Positions 49,455 to 61,681 of a stretch of 64,000 nt of DNA are shown one piece after another (within the stretch, counting starts at the first letter, position 1; the number at the start of each line of letters is the position of its first letter). The stretch covers positions 3,038,001-3,102,000 of the forward strand of contig NC_086108.1 of the NCBI RefSeq assembly GCF_963921235.1. Direction: 5' to 3'. This DNA comes from Mobula hypostoma. Taxonomy: Eukaryota. The notes beneath the pieces were generated by a model that worked only from the letters and a program-made list of their open reading frames with translations, searched no databases and had not been told where the DNA came from. Both the position numbers and the translations under genes were made by a program.

Positions 49455-52277
49455 GTAACCGTAGCCTTCAGATGTCATCAGGTGATTCCCAACCTTCACC
49501 GAGTGTTTCGAACCTTAACCACGACACTCGCCAGTTGGTGGGCCGGCAGTGGTGGCCAAATCATTGCCCATCTGCTCCTGGCTTCCAGCTCCCCTCCTCT
49601 CGCCTACTCCAAATCCAACAAGAGGCTCCTTCTGCCTCTTCCCCCATCGTACGAGCTGCTTGTTTTTTGCTCCTTTCGTCCAGGCCCAGATCTGACAACA
49701 ACCACCATGCAGATTTGACTGGGAAACCTCTGCAGCCGATCTCCACAGGGAACAACCATGCCTACCATCCCTCGTCTTTACACTCCTGCACTAAGGGCTG
49801 GTACTTCAAGGCCTTTATCTCGTGGGCCTCTTCCCATCCGTCCTCCCATGGCACAGTCAACTCAACCAGAATTATTTTCTTGTCTTCAGTTGACCACAGT
49901 ACAATGTCCGGGCATAGGGTTGTGTGCACCACATCCAGGAACTGCAATCTCCTTCCCACATCGACCCTCATCTCCCAGGACCTGGCTGTTAGCAGCAGAT
50001 TGGGCTTTGGTTGTTTGGTTATGAAAGGCCTGGCTCCCCCTTTGATGAAGGTGATGGCCTCAAATCTGTGCCAGCCGTCCTCTTCTTGCATCTCTCCCAC
50101 TCTAGTGTGTCAGCAAGAGCCAGAAGCACCTTATCATGGCGCCACCTATACCGTCCTTGAGTTAGAGATGTTTTACACCCGGACAGTATATAAGCAAGTG
50201 TCCCCTCTTGACCACAGAGCTTATAGTTTGGTCCTCTCTCATCCCCCATGTGTACAGATGTAATGGTGAAGGAAGGGTGTTATACACAGATCGCAAGAGG
50301 AAGGAAATACGGAGGGGCTCCAGTCTCCATAACTCTGCCCATGAGATCTTGCACTTGGGCAGATCCCATTTTGTCCAGGCACCCTGGGACCTTTGTTCCA
50401 CTGCCTTTGACATCCGCTTCTCTTCCTCACAGATCCATACTTCTGCCTGTATCATGTCTCACCTGTTCCTTATGCTTGCGTTTCCCCACTGCTGGAAGTG
50501 AACTGAGCCGAGGCCTTGCCACCCGACGCAGGGGTTGCCAATGATATCTCGCAGCTTCAGAGAACACACTGCCTCCTCCACAGCTGCGTTGGCTGCCCAC
50601 TTCTGCCCAGATCTGGTTGTAACGCCTGCTTGCTTTACCAAGGCGTCATTGGAATCTCCCAAGCTTAATAAAGCTCTGTATTTTGCCACCTTGAATTCCT
50701 CCACAACAGATGACAGGGGAAGCTGCAGTTGCCCAGAACAAATGTAGAGGCCCACTGAAGAGAAGCTTGGGGGAACTCCCAACCATCTCCGCAGGTGCTT
50801 GTTGGTTTTCCTCTTGATGCCCTCTACGGCAGTCAGGGGATCTCATAAAGTGTGAAGAGCCAGAGAAGCCTGGGCAGAAGGCTGTATTGGTACAGCCAGG
50901 TCTTGAATGTACCGGGAAGTCTGGATTTGTCGATCTTCTTCAACCATTCGTCTGTCTGCTTCACAGCATTGGTGACATTGGCCCCATCTGTCAGTGACAC
51001 ATTAAACTACTTCCCCAAACGTTTTATCGGATTATCTTCGATGAAAGGGATGACCTCACCCGGAACTTGGAGGCTAAACTTGCTAGTAACTTTGCCCTTT
51101 CTCATCACCATGCACCTGGACTACTTGGCCTTGAAAGACATCCTCGCCCAAGTGGCTACATTACCCAGGGTTTCCAATACCCATCTTGCTTGGACATGTA
51201 ACACAGTTGTTATAGTGATGTCGTCCATGAACCCTCGTAGAGCCGGCTGAACAATGCCCGACTCCAGCGTCAGGCCACGGGTTACATCTTTGCTGTTCAT
51301 TCCCATAATAAATAGGACGGGGGAGGTGGTGGACCCTGTTGGAATCCCCTTCTGGGGGGCCTGCCAACTAGTTGTGAAATGGGCTGCAGTAAATCTGAGT
51401 TTGAATCCTCCTAGGTAGCTGGTGGTCATGTCTCGAATAGCCACAGGGATGTAGTAGTTGTTGAGTCCTTCTGGGATGAGGTCATGTGGAATAGACCCGT
51501 AGGTGTTCGCGAGGTCTAACCAGACAACTGTTAAGTCGCCTTTTTTCTGCTTGGCCTCACGGATCAAATGGCTAATCATTGAGGTGTGTTCCAGACACCC
51601 TGAAAGGCCTGGAATACCGCCTTTCTGGATGGATGTGTTGATATAGCAGTTCTGCGTCATGTAAGAAATCAGCCTCCTTGTGAGCACAGAAAAGAAAATC
51701 TTACATTCCATATCCAGGAGAGAAATTGTCCTAAACTGTGCAATTGTGGAAGAATCCTCTTCCTTTGGAATAAAGCATCCCTCTGCCAATTTCCAACTTG
51801 ATGGAATAGTACCTTTGGCCCAGCTCTTTCTCATGATCTTCCACAGCCTCCGAAGTTTTAGGCTTTATCAGGTAGGCCGCTTGGGCCTGGGGCAGCTGAT
51901 GCTTTAGCTTTCCGGATGATGTCCTGGATTTCCTGCCATGTAGGCTCCTTCACATTCAGCTCAATTGATGGATTTTCCAGTCTACGCACAGGCCGATTGG
52001 TTCCTACTCCCTGACCGCTCCGTGGATCGCTGTGTGCCTCCCGCAGGAACTCCTCTACCTCTGTCTTCAAGCTGAATAGTATACCAAATTTTTGTTGGCC
52101 GAGAGGAGTCCTGGTGAAGCTGAATGGATCTCTCACAAACTGCACTTGCCTGTTCTCTTTCTTCTTTCTTTGCTGTCGCAGATGTTCCGCCCTCCGGAGT
52201 TTGCACAGCTTTTCCCGCAGCATACTGGTTAAGTCCTTGATACCTTCTTTTTCAGCCGGTGAGCTGGTTTTAAACAC
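49455..52277 (-). mobile_element. Hero-clade RLE non-LTR retrotransposon, 5'-truncated and disrupted
   Basis: FRTISLL, QKGGIPG.SGCLEH, WLDLAN.YGSIPH, FMDD (RT); KLCG...ILSGC...YRWRHDKVL; PDIVLWS...ELTVPWE...K..KY, VEIGCRGF (RLE). Confidence 0.88.
49465..49530 (-). ncRNA. Candidate non-circularly permuted hammerhead ribozyme in the Hero 3' UTR
   Basis: CGAGUG-UC^GUGGUU-AAGGUUC-GAAA-CACUCG-(12 nt)-AAUCAC-CUGAUGA-CAUCU; two 6-bp stems abut the conserved core. Confidence 0.65.
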
Positions 52278-53064
52278 TCTATCATTTTGCCCTTGTTGCC
52301 CACTCAGCCAGTTTAGCCATGTCTTAAAGTTTAAAATACATTTAGATCAAAGTGTATATACTTTACACAACCTTGAGATTTATCTCCTTACAAAGAAGCC
52401 CATTAGAGCAAAACAAGGCCATCAAACACCCAGTGTGCAGGGAAGAGAAACAAATACAAATAGTGCAAACAATAAAGCAAGCAAACAGCATTCAGAACTG
52501 AAGTTCACGGTGGCAGGCATCACTGCAGCCAATTCAGAAGGCCCCAGTCAAGCAGTGTCGAGCAAACCCCCGCAGAGCAGTGAGCTGAACCAGCCTGTCT
52601 CTCACCTCTGACCCTGATTTTTTCAATCTGGCCCAGTGCTTAAATCATACAAACCCCAGGCCATTCCTCGCCCACAGGCTCGGGCTATGCTACCTCGATA
52701 AGGCCAGTACCTGAACTTTCCAATATGGCTCATCTGGTAAATCGATCAAATCTCAGATCACTCTTCACTTTGCCTCGCCTCAGCTCTGCCTCATCAATTA
52801 CCTGATTTTTCCAATTCGTCTAGTTTCTTAAATTGATCAAACCTCGGATCTTTCCACGCCTCAGCTCTGCCATATTGAGTTGGCACCAATTCCTCTCCAG
52901 GCCGGATATGCTGTTGTCCTGCTCAGCGAGACTCTAGTCAAACCGCAAAAATGCCAGATCATACAGGCGATTACACTCAACTCCAACAGGGAACAGGCCA
53001 CTGTTTGTAGGGATCGTTTACTAGAAAAAGTGTGAAGAGAGAAAATCTGCAGATGCTCGAAATC

Positions 53065-53463
53065 CAGAGTAACACACACAAAATGCTGGAGGAACTCGGC
53101 AGGTCAGACAGTGTCTGAGACCAGAGTAACACACACAAAATGCTGGAGGAACTCAGCAGGTCAGACAGTGTCTGAGGCCAGAGTAACACACACAAAATGC
53201 TGGAGGAACTCCGCCGGTCAGACAGTGTTGATGGTCAGAGTAACACACACAAAATGCTGGAGGAACTCAGCAGGTCAGATAGTGTCGATGGTCAGAGTAA
53301 CACACACAAAATGCTGGAGGAACTCAGCCGGTCAGACAGTGTCGATGGTCAGAGTAACACACACAAAATGCTGGAGGAACTCAGCAGGTCAGACAGTGTC
53401 GATGTTCAGAGTAACACACACAAAATGCTGGAGGAACTCAGCAGGTCAGATAGTGTCGATGGT
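53065..53463. repeat. Seven tandem 57-bp units derived from a Penelope pLTR end
   Basis: Unit CAGAGTAACACACACAAAATGCTGGAGGAACTCAGCAGGTCAGACAGTGTCGATGGT starts at 53065, 53122, 53179, 53236, 53293, 53350, 53407. Confidence 0.95.
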
Positions 53464-53847
53464 CAGAGTAAACAGTCGATGTTCAGGTTGAGACCTTCAG
53501 TCCTGATGAAGGGCTTGCCCTGAAACATCATCTATAATCTATTACATCAACTATTTCCATAGACACTGCCTGACCTGCTGAGTTCCTCAGCATTTTGCGT
53601 GAGTTGCTATAAAGTCTGGAGTTAGAGGACAGCAGATTCCAGGATATGGAACTAATCTGAGCTTTTCTCAGCAAGGATCTGAGAAATTCCAGACCCTAAC
53701 GTTATCGGGGAAGGTCAAAGTGAACATTTTTAATGTGGATCCAGCGACAAGCACACTGGTGATTGGGGCTTGGTGACATAGATGTGGCTTGACATTAAAA
53801 TTCTGTCACGCATCTAGAAAGATGTTGGAATATCAAACTTTACAACT

Positions 53848-54033
53848 CCTCCATGGAGGGTCAGACACCCTGAGCCAATAGGCTGGTCCTGGACTTATTT
53901 CCTGGCATAATTTACATATTACTATTTAACTATTTATGGTTTTATTACTATTTAATTATTTATGGTGCAACTGTAACGGAAACCAATTTCCCCCGGGATC
54001 AGTAAAGTATGACTATGACTATGACTATGACTA
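53848..54033 (+). mobile_element. LINE 3' end with (ATGACT)n tail
   Basis: AT-rich 3' UTR-like sequence ending in four ATGACT units; family not identified. Confidence 0.5.
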
Positions 54034-57000
54034 ATAGTCAAGTTTTGTGACCACACAAATTTCATGGTGTGAGACGAGGCACAAGCAACTTCACAATGGT
54101 TTATTATCAAAGACAGATTGAAAGAAAGAAAGAAAGATTAGGCGTAATTTGTCACATGTGTATTGAAACAACATATAGTGAAATCAGAATTAGGTATAAT
54201 ATCATCAGCATATATTGCAAAATGTATTGAATTTGCAGTAGCAGTACAATGCAATACATAATAATGGAGAAAAAAGCTGAATTGCAGTGAAAATATAGTA
54301 TTTTTATATTAAATAAGTCATACTAAAACTCAAAATAAAGAAGTGGTAAGTCAGTGTTCACGGTTTTAAAGTCCATCCAGCAACGGGAACATGGCATGAC
54401 CTGGGTGGCGGGTGTTCTTAATGACGGATGCCGCCTTCTTGAGGCATCGTCCTTGAAGTGACCTGGGCACTACGGAGGCTGGTATCCATGATGGAGCTGA
54501 CTGCGTTTACAACTCTCGGCAGCTTGTTTCGATCCTGTGCTGTAGCTTTTACTGCACCTTCCTACCAGACAGTGATGCAGCCAGTTAGAATGCTCTCCGT
54601 GGTATAAATACATTGTTTGCATCAAATAAAATCAGCAGGAATTATGGAGGCAGCCTGCCAGTGTCGTCACGCCTCCTGTGCCCACAGCTGACTAACCCTA
54701 ACTCGTACATTGTGGGAAGAAACTGGAGCACCCGGAGGAAGCCCGGGGAGAACATATAAACTCCTTATGGACAACGGCAGGAACTGAACCAGGGTCACCT
54801 GCGCCGTGCTACCGTGTCCCCACCAGGTGAGCTCTCGGTGTAGGTAAATAACAGGAGAATTGGGGCAGTTGATAGGCGTGTGTGAGAGAGGGTCAGGGGA
54901 AATAACTGGGCCAATTGGACTGATAAGAATTCTTGTGAACAAACAAGAAACGATAGGGTCTTTTAAGAGACTCCTGGATGAATACATGGAGCATAGAAAA
55001 ATAGAGGGCTATGGGTAAGCCTAAGCAGTTCTAAGGTAAGGACAGCATTGTGGGCCGAAGGGCCTGTATTGTGCTGTAGGTTTTCTATGTTTCTATGTAA
55101 CACTGATTCAAAGGACTCAACTGGCTTCTCCTTTGTTATAAGCAAATATGAGAAAACTTATGTGTTTCATCTACTTTTAAAACATTTTCAATGGAATAGT
55201 TTTACTTCAGCGACTAATATTTTTCTCTCTTTTTTGCAAACCGATGCAGCCATGAGGAGAATGTACAGACTGCGGCGGGAATTGAACTCCGATCGGCACT
55301 CACTGGTGCTGTGAAGCGTTACGCTACTGTTTAGTGTCAGCATGCTGAGTGTAGATACAAACGTTCTAGTGTAATATCCGTGTTTACAACAGAGAGGTGC
55401 TCAGCAATACACACAAAATGCTTGAGGAGCTCCGCGGGTCAGGCAGTATCTATACTTCCGGGCCGTTACACTGCCGCCGTTTAGGGCAGCGATGAAGATT
55501 CTTCGTCCCTAGCGGTGTTCAGGGCTTCCTTCATCATGTCAGTAGCTTCCTCTCACTATTCGCTGCTGTCAGTCACCCAATCCCGGGTGGAGGCTCAGGA
55601 ATACTGTCACACTCGGATGTTGAAGGATTCTTCATTGCTGTTTCTGTAACAGTTTTGTTTGACCAGTCAGGGTTGTTAGCCCTGAGCTGAACCCCTGAAC
55701 CTGGAGGGAGGCAGTATCGATGTTTCAGCCTGAGACCTTTCTTCGGGATTGAGAAGGAAAGGGGAAGATGCTAGAATAAAAAGTGGGGTGTGGGGGGCAG
55801 TAGGGAGGATGATAGGTGAAGCCAGATGTGTGGGCAAGGTCACAGGCTGAAGAAGAAAGAATTTTCTAAATGTTTAATACAGATTTTATAATCGGCATTT
55901 TATAATTTTATAATTGGCATTTGCGATTATGCAACAATCAAAATCCAAACATTTAAGATTAAGAGTGCTTAATTTTTAATTTTCTAACACTTTGACTGAT
56001 AAAAAGCTAGAGACAGCAGAGACAATGTGTGCATTACTATGGGTAAAGAAAGCACAGCAGCACCTCCACTTCCTCAGGAGTCTGAGGAGATTCGGCACAA
56101 CACCTAAAACTTTGACAATCTTCTACACGTGTGTGGTGACTGGCTGCATCATGGCCTGGTATGGAAACACCATTGCCCATGAATAGAAAATCCCACAGAA
56201 GGTAGTGGATACAGCCCAGTCCATCAGAGGTATTGAGCACATCTATACAAGACACTGTCGCAGGAAAGCAGTATCCATCGTTAGAGACCACCACCACCCA
56301 GGACATGCTCTCTTCCTGCTGCTGCCATCAGGAAGGAGGTACGGGAGCCTCAGGACTCACACCACCAGGTTCAGTAACAGTTATTACCCCTCAGCCATCA
56401 GGTTTATGAATCAGAGGGGATAACTTTTCACTCAACTTCACTCACCCCATCACTGAAATGTTCCCACAACCAATGGACTCACTTTCAAGGACTCTTCATC
56501 TCATGTTCTTGATGATTATTGCTTGTTTGTTTATTTATTTATTTGTTTGTTTGTTTGTTTATATTTGCACACTTTGTTGCCTTTTGCACTCTGGTTGTCC
56601 ACCCAGTTGGCGCGGTCTTTCATTGATTCTGTGATGGTTATTAGATTTATAGAGTATGCCCGTAGGAAAATGAATCTCAGAGGTGTATACGGTGACATAT
56701 GTGTACTTTGATAATAAATTTACTTTGAACTTTGAAATACAATATTCTGGAAGAACACTGACAATGGAGTCGTTAAAATGAGGTGATTCTGGTCCTACCA
56801 GCTGATGGACTGGAACACATCAGAGATCATACAAACCCTTGGTTAAAAGGCACTGGTAAATCGGTTTGTTACTGTCATGTGCACTGAGATCCTATCAGAG
56901 GGAGGCAATGGCAAACCAGTTCTGTAGAAAATATTTGGCAAAAACAATTATGGTCACAGTCATGGAAAGGCCATGGTCATCCATTTCATATGACATGGCA

Positions 57001-58199
57001 CATAATGATGACCGAGGTACAGTACAATGAAAATCTTGTCTTGCATACTTTCATACAGATCAAAACATCGCAGCGTTGCATTGAGGCAGTAGAAGGTAAA
57101 ACAATAAGGAAGGTGCAGGGCAGGTAAACAATAAAGTGCAGATCATAACAAGAGATTGCGAGGTCAAGAGTCCATCTTATTATACTAGGGAGCAGCTCAG
57201 CAGGGCAGAAGCTGTCCATTGGCCCTGTGGTATGTGTTCCAGCCTTTTGTATTTTCTTCCCAGTGGGAAGTGTAGGCAGGAGGCTGGTTTCTCTGATGTG
57301 CTGAACTTCACCCACAACTCTGCAGTTTCCTGCGGTCACGGGCAGAGCGATTCCAAAACCAAACCATGATGTGTCCAGATAGGATGCTCTCTGCGGTGAG
57401 TCGAATGGGACATGCCAAATTTCTCTAGATCCCTAAGGAAGTAGGGATGTTGGTAAGCTTTCTTGAGCTTACCCACAGTGGAAGCTGCAGAGAGTTGTAA
57501 ATTCAGTCAGCTCCATCATGGGCACTAGCCTCCCCAGCATCTTCAAGGATGATGCCTCAAAAAGGCGGATTTTATTATTACTTTTACCCCCATCACCCAG
57601 GATATGCCCTCTTTTCATTAATATCATCAGGAAGAAGGTACAGAAGCTTGAAGTCACACACTCAACAACTGAGGAATAGCTTCTTTCCCTCTGCCATCCG
57701 ATTTCTGAATGGACATTCAACCCATGAACATTATCTCACTACTTTCTTTATTATTTTGGTTTTTGCACTATTTTTAATTTAACTATTTTAATATACTTGT
57801 TTATACTTACTGTAATTGATTTATTTTTTTCTATATGATCATGTATTGCATTGTACTGCTGCCTCTAAGTTAATAAATTTCATGACATATGTCAGTGATA
57901 TTATACCTGATTCTGATCTTGTGAATTCCTAATAGTCTAATGTGGATTTTATCTGATGTTTTTGCATAAAGTAACTAACATTAAGTTTCAATTTGAATTT
58001 TAATAGCTCGGCTCTTGACTGTAGCATAATTTCAAAGAATTAACTATTGACATCAGTAACAAATACCTCAGTACTTTTTTTGCACTACTCATTTAAGTTT
58101 TTAATATGTATGCAATGTATTGCTGCAGCATAACAACAAATTTCACGATATTTGCCGGTGATATTCAAACCAGATTCTGATTTCTGAAATAACACTTAA

Positions 58200-58392
58200 G
58201 TATTTCGATTAAATAAAACGTCGCCATCTTTGATAGGGGCAAAGAATCGTCATCTTAAGGCGACGATACCTGCATCAGGTCTTTGTTAGGGGCAAACAGG
58301 CTTTGTTAACGTCATAAAGCATCCGCTTGGCAGTGGAAGACCCCGCATGTTGCTAGGCCGTGGATGTGCCAGAGCTGTGAGACTCTCCTATC
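58200..58392 (+). promoter_or_regulatory. Probable KPTN promoter / 5' UTR
   Basis: Locally CpG-enriched stretch just upstream of the ATG; YY1-type CGCCATCTT at 58222-58230; duplicated TCTTTG.TAGGGGCAAA. Confidence 0.45.
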
Positions 58393-58624
58393 ATGGAAGG
58401 GCCGCCTAGAAGTCTCTGTGGCTCTTGTCCCTTTGTGGAAGACAGTTTCAGCCGCCTCTCCTCGCAGAGCAATATGTACGGCCTGACCGCCTTCTCCAAG
58501 CCCAAGGGTGGTTGCGACCTGCTGACCGCCACACTTAAAGGGAAAGTCATCTGCTTCAGGTACCAGAACCTCCGACAGAAAATCAGGCCTGTGGCCAAGG
58601 AGGTGCAGTTCACCTACATCCCAG
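58393..58624 (+). CDS. KPTN: Kaptin (KICSTOR subunit) first coding exon
   Basis: [20 protein letters not shown]...[32 protein letters not shown] matches the kaptin N-terminus; ATCATGG start; G|GTAATG donor. Confidence 0.94.
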
Positions 58625-58692
58625 GTAATGGTCCGGTTCGCCGTGCCCTGCTCTGCTCTCCCAGGCCCGCCCAGGAAGGCCACACACTAATG

Positions 58693-59037
58693 AATTCCCA
58701 ATCCCATCCCACAGATTCCCAGGGCAGTCCTGCCACCAGGTTCCCAGTTTCAACAGTAAATTCCCAATCCCATCCCACAGATTCCTAGGGCAGTCCTGTC
58801 ACCAGTTTCCCCTTTTCAACAGTAAATTCCCAATCCCATCCCACAGATTCCCAGGGCAGTCCTGCCACCAGGTTCCCCGTTCCAACAGTAAATTCCCAAT
58901 CCCATCCCACAGATTCCTAGGGCAGTCCTGCCACCAGGTTCCCCGTTCCAACAGTAAATTCCCAATCCCATCCCACAGATTCCTAGGGCAGTCCTGCCAC
59001 CAGGTTCCCCGTTCCAACAGTAAATTCACAATCCCAC
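58693..59037. repeat. 66-bp minisatellite, 5 units plus a partial, in KPTN intron 1
   Basis: Unit AATTCCCAATCCCATCCCACAGATTCC(C/T)AGGGCAGTCCTGCCACCAGGTTCCCCGTTCCAACAGTA at 58693, 58759, 58825, 58891, 58957, 59023. Confidence 0.95.
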
Positions 59038-60193
59038 CCGCGGACTCCATGTGTGGCCCCATCTCCAGATTCCCAGCCTTCCCAACCCTAATGGTTAATG
59101 ATCTTGCAAACTGTCATGGGATTCCCTTCCCTCTCAGATTTTGATATTGTGACCACGTGTGTTTCTTCTGGAGCATAGAAGAGTACAGCACAGGGACTGG
59201 CCCTTTGGCCCACAGTGTTGTGCTGAACCAGTAACCTATCCCTCCCCTTCAGATTCTCCCAGGCACAGAATGGGGTGCTGGTAGAGGCCGATACATTAGG
59301 GACTGTTAGATAGGCACGTGCATGAAAGAAAACTAGAGGGCTGTGTCGGAGGGAAGGGTTAGTTTGATCTTAAAGTAGGTAAAAAGGGCCTGTTCTATGT
59401 GACAGGTGGATCCAGGTGAGGGGCTGATCTTTAAAGCTGGGAAGATGTGTGCGCTACTGCTTGGGGTGGTGTGGTAGCTTAGTGGTTAGCACAACATTTA
59501 CGGTACAGGTGACCCAGGTTCAATTTCTACCGCTGCCTGTAAGGTGTTTGTGTGTTCTCCGCGTGGGCTTCTCCCACAGTCCAAAGACATACTGGTCAGC
59601 AGGGTAATTGTAAATTGTCCTGAGAATAGGCTGGGGTTAAATCAGGGTTGCTGGGTAGTGTGACTCAAAGGGCCTGTTCCACTATGTGTATCAATAAATA
59701 AAATAACAGCCATGAATCAATAAGTAAATAAAATAACAGCCATGATAGCAGAATCACTGATTTGTATGACATGAACTTTCAAACCCAGATTCTGTAGATC
59801 AGCCTTTCTCAATCTTTTTGCCCTGGAGGAACCCTTGAAATAATATTCAGGTCTCAGGGAACCCCTGCATAAAAATCATATCTACAGCTCACGGTATGTT
59901 AGCTTGATCTGTAAGTTGTTGATATAATAATCCAAAAATAATTGTCAATGCTCTTTTGAGTAGAGAATGAATTTTTAGCCAACCTTTCTTGAAAAAACAG
60001 GTTGTTAAGGTTAGCTTACCTTTCTTGAAATTAATCTGTTCTTTTCCTTTCATAAATTTTAAAAACTCATAAGGCAAATATAATAAATTTCAGTTAACTA
60101 AATGGCTTAAGCCAAAATGGGGTTTAATTTTTCTAACGGTAGGTTCAGTAGATTTAATTTAAATAAACGTAACTTGATTTTTAATTCATGCTA

Positions 60194-60516
60194 TGAGGGG
60201 TGATGGATAAGTTCATGGCCCACGGTAGGAGGAGATGATTTATACAGCTCTCGTTACGTGCACATGCAGTTCAACTCTTTGAGTGATTATGCAGAAAGTT
60301 TAAAGTTAATAACGCATCAGGGGTGATTAATAAGTTTGTGGCCTAAGGTAGAACGAGATGAGTTATTACCTTCAAACTTCCTGCATAATCATTGCTCCAC
60401 GACCGCTGGACTAAGTGTGTAAATGTAGGAGGGGACTTTGTTGAAAAATAAATGTACTAGGTTTTCTAAAATTGACTCCTTCTACCTTAGGCCACGAACT
60501 TATTAGTCACCCCTCG
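60194..60516. mobile_element. Mariner-derived MITE (same TIR family as 27262-27743) inside the hAT
   Basis: TA flanks; TIR at both ends and internally at ~60318; remnant LHDRWTKCVNVGGDFVEK*. Confidence 0.85.
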
Positions 60517-61681
60517 TATTTACAACCTGAAAATTTATTGACAATGTTGAATGGTAAACCTACTAAAAATTATAAGCCAAAGCCATATGAATGAAAATAT
60601 AGCCTAAGACACAATTTTATACAAGACTTTGGGGGAAAAAAATTTTTCTTACTAAGTGACATGATCAGTGATCAGGCTCAAATGATCACGTGAAACCTGT
60701 GCTTGTATTTTGCTGCACAAATATTTAATTCTGGGTCGAAGTTGAGATAAATGCTCCTGGATTTCACCTTCAACTAAAATGAGACGATTTCTATCCTTGC
60801 TCTTGATGCTTGTTAAACAAGAAAAAGCTTACTCACAGATGTAAGAAGTTTAAAACTGCAGCAAAATGTTCATTACTTTCCTATGAATGGCAGGATACTC
60901 TTCTTTCACAGAAATCCAGACTTATCCAGGGGCAGGTCAGAAAATCTTATCTTGAGTGCACAATAAGACCGTATCTCACGAAGTTCTTCCTCTTCTCTCA
61001 AAATCAAGTTCTCAGGCTGAGCAGAAGATTCAGAGAAAGGGTCCTTCACCCAGTCATACATTTGTGTTGAAAGGGAGGAGAAATATTGTTCAGTTTTATT
61101 CTGCAGCTCTTCCAGATGGTTTTCAATAAGACTCAAGACTTTCTGATCCTTCCTCACTCTTAACCGAAGCAGCAGTGGAAACATTTCAAGATTTCCTTTT
61201 GCATAATTTTTCCAAAAATTCAGTTTCCTTTTAAATCCAAGAATTTTGTCATTTGAAATCAAAACATTTTCTCCAGGGCCTTGTCGAGACTTGCTCAGCT
61301 GGTTCATATCATGAAAAATGTCTGCGAAATAGGGTAGTTTCTTACAAGAGAAACAAAATTTCTCATGGAGCCACCCATTGATGGGCCACCATCAGTACAG
61401 GAGCCAGCACAGTTCCTCCAAGACAGACCTTCTGTTTCCACATATAAGACAAAACATTAAATAGTCTTTGCTTTGGGCAGCTCTTTGCAACAGAAAAAGT
61501 TTTCTTGAATTTCACCATCCACAAATCTTACAAATGCTGCAACATTATATTTATTGGTGAAATCTGTTGACTGATCAACCTGGATAGAAAAGCTGTTATT
61601 TTTCAGTTTATCACAGAAAACCTCTTCAGCATCGTGTGGCATGTCATCAATACGTTGACTTATCGTACTGTTTGAGAGTGG

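Noticed and set aside
49472..50263. 263-aa plus-strand ORF
   Set aside because: Antisense to the Hero RLE domain; no independent coding evidence.
53065..53463. Regular repeats resembling a CRISPR array
   Set aside because: No unique spacers, no cas genes, vertebrate context, and the unit is a pLTR fragment.
58312..58683. 123-aa minus-strand ORF
   Set aside because: Antisense shadow of KPTN exon 1.
59465..59545. tRNA gene (A/B-box-like motifs; also ~12600-12670)
   Set aside because: Followed by the V-domain and SINE tail; no convincing cloverleaf.
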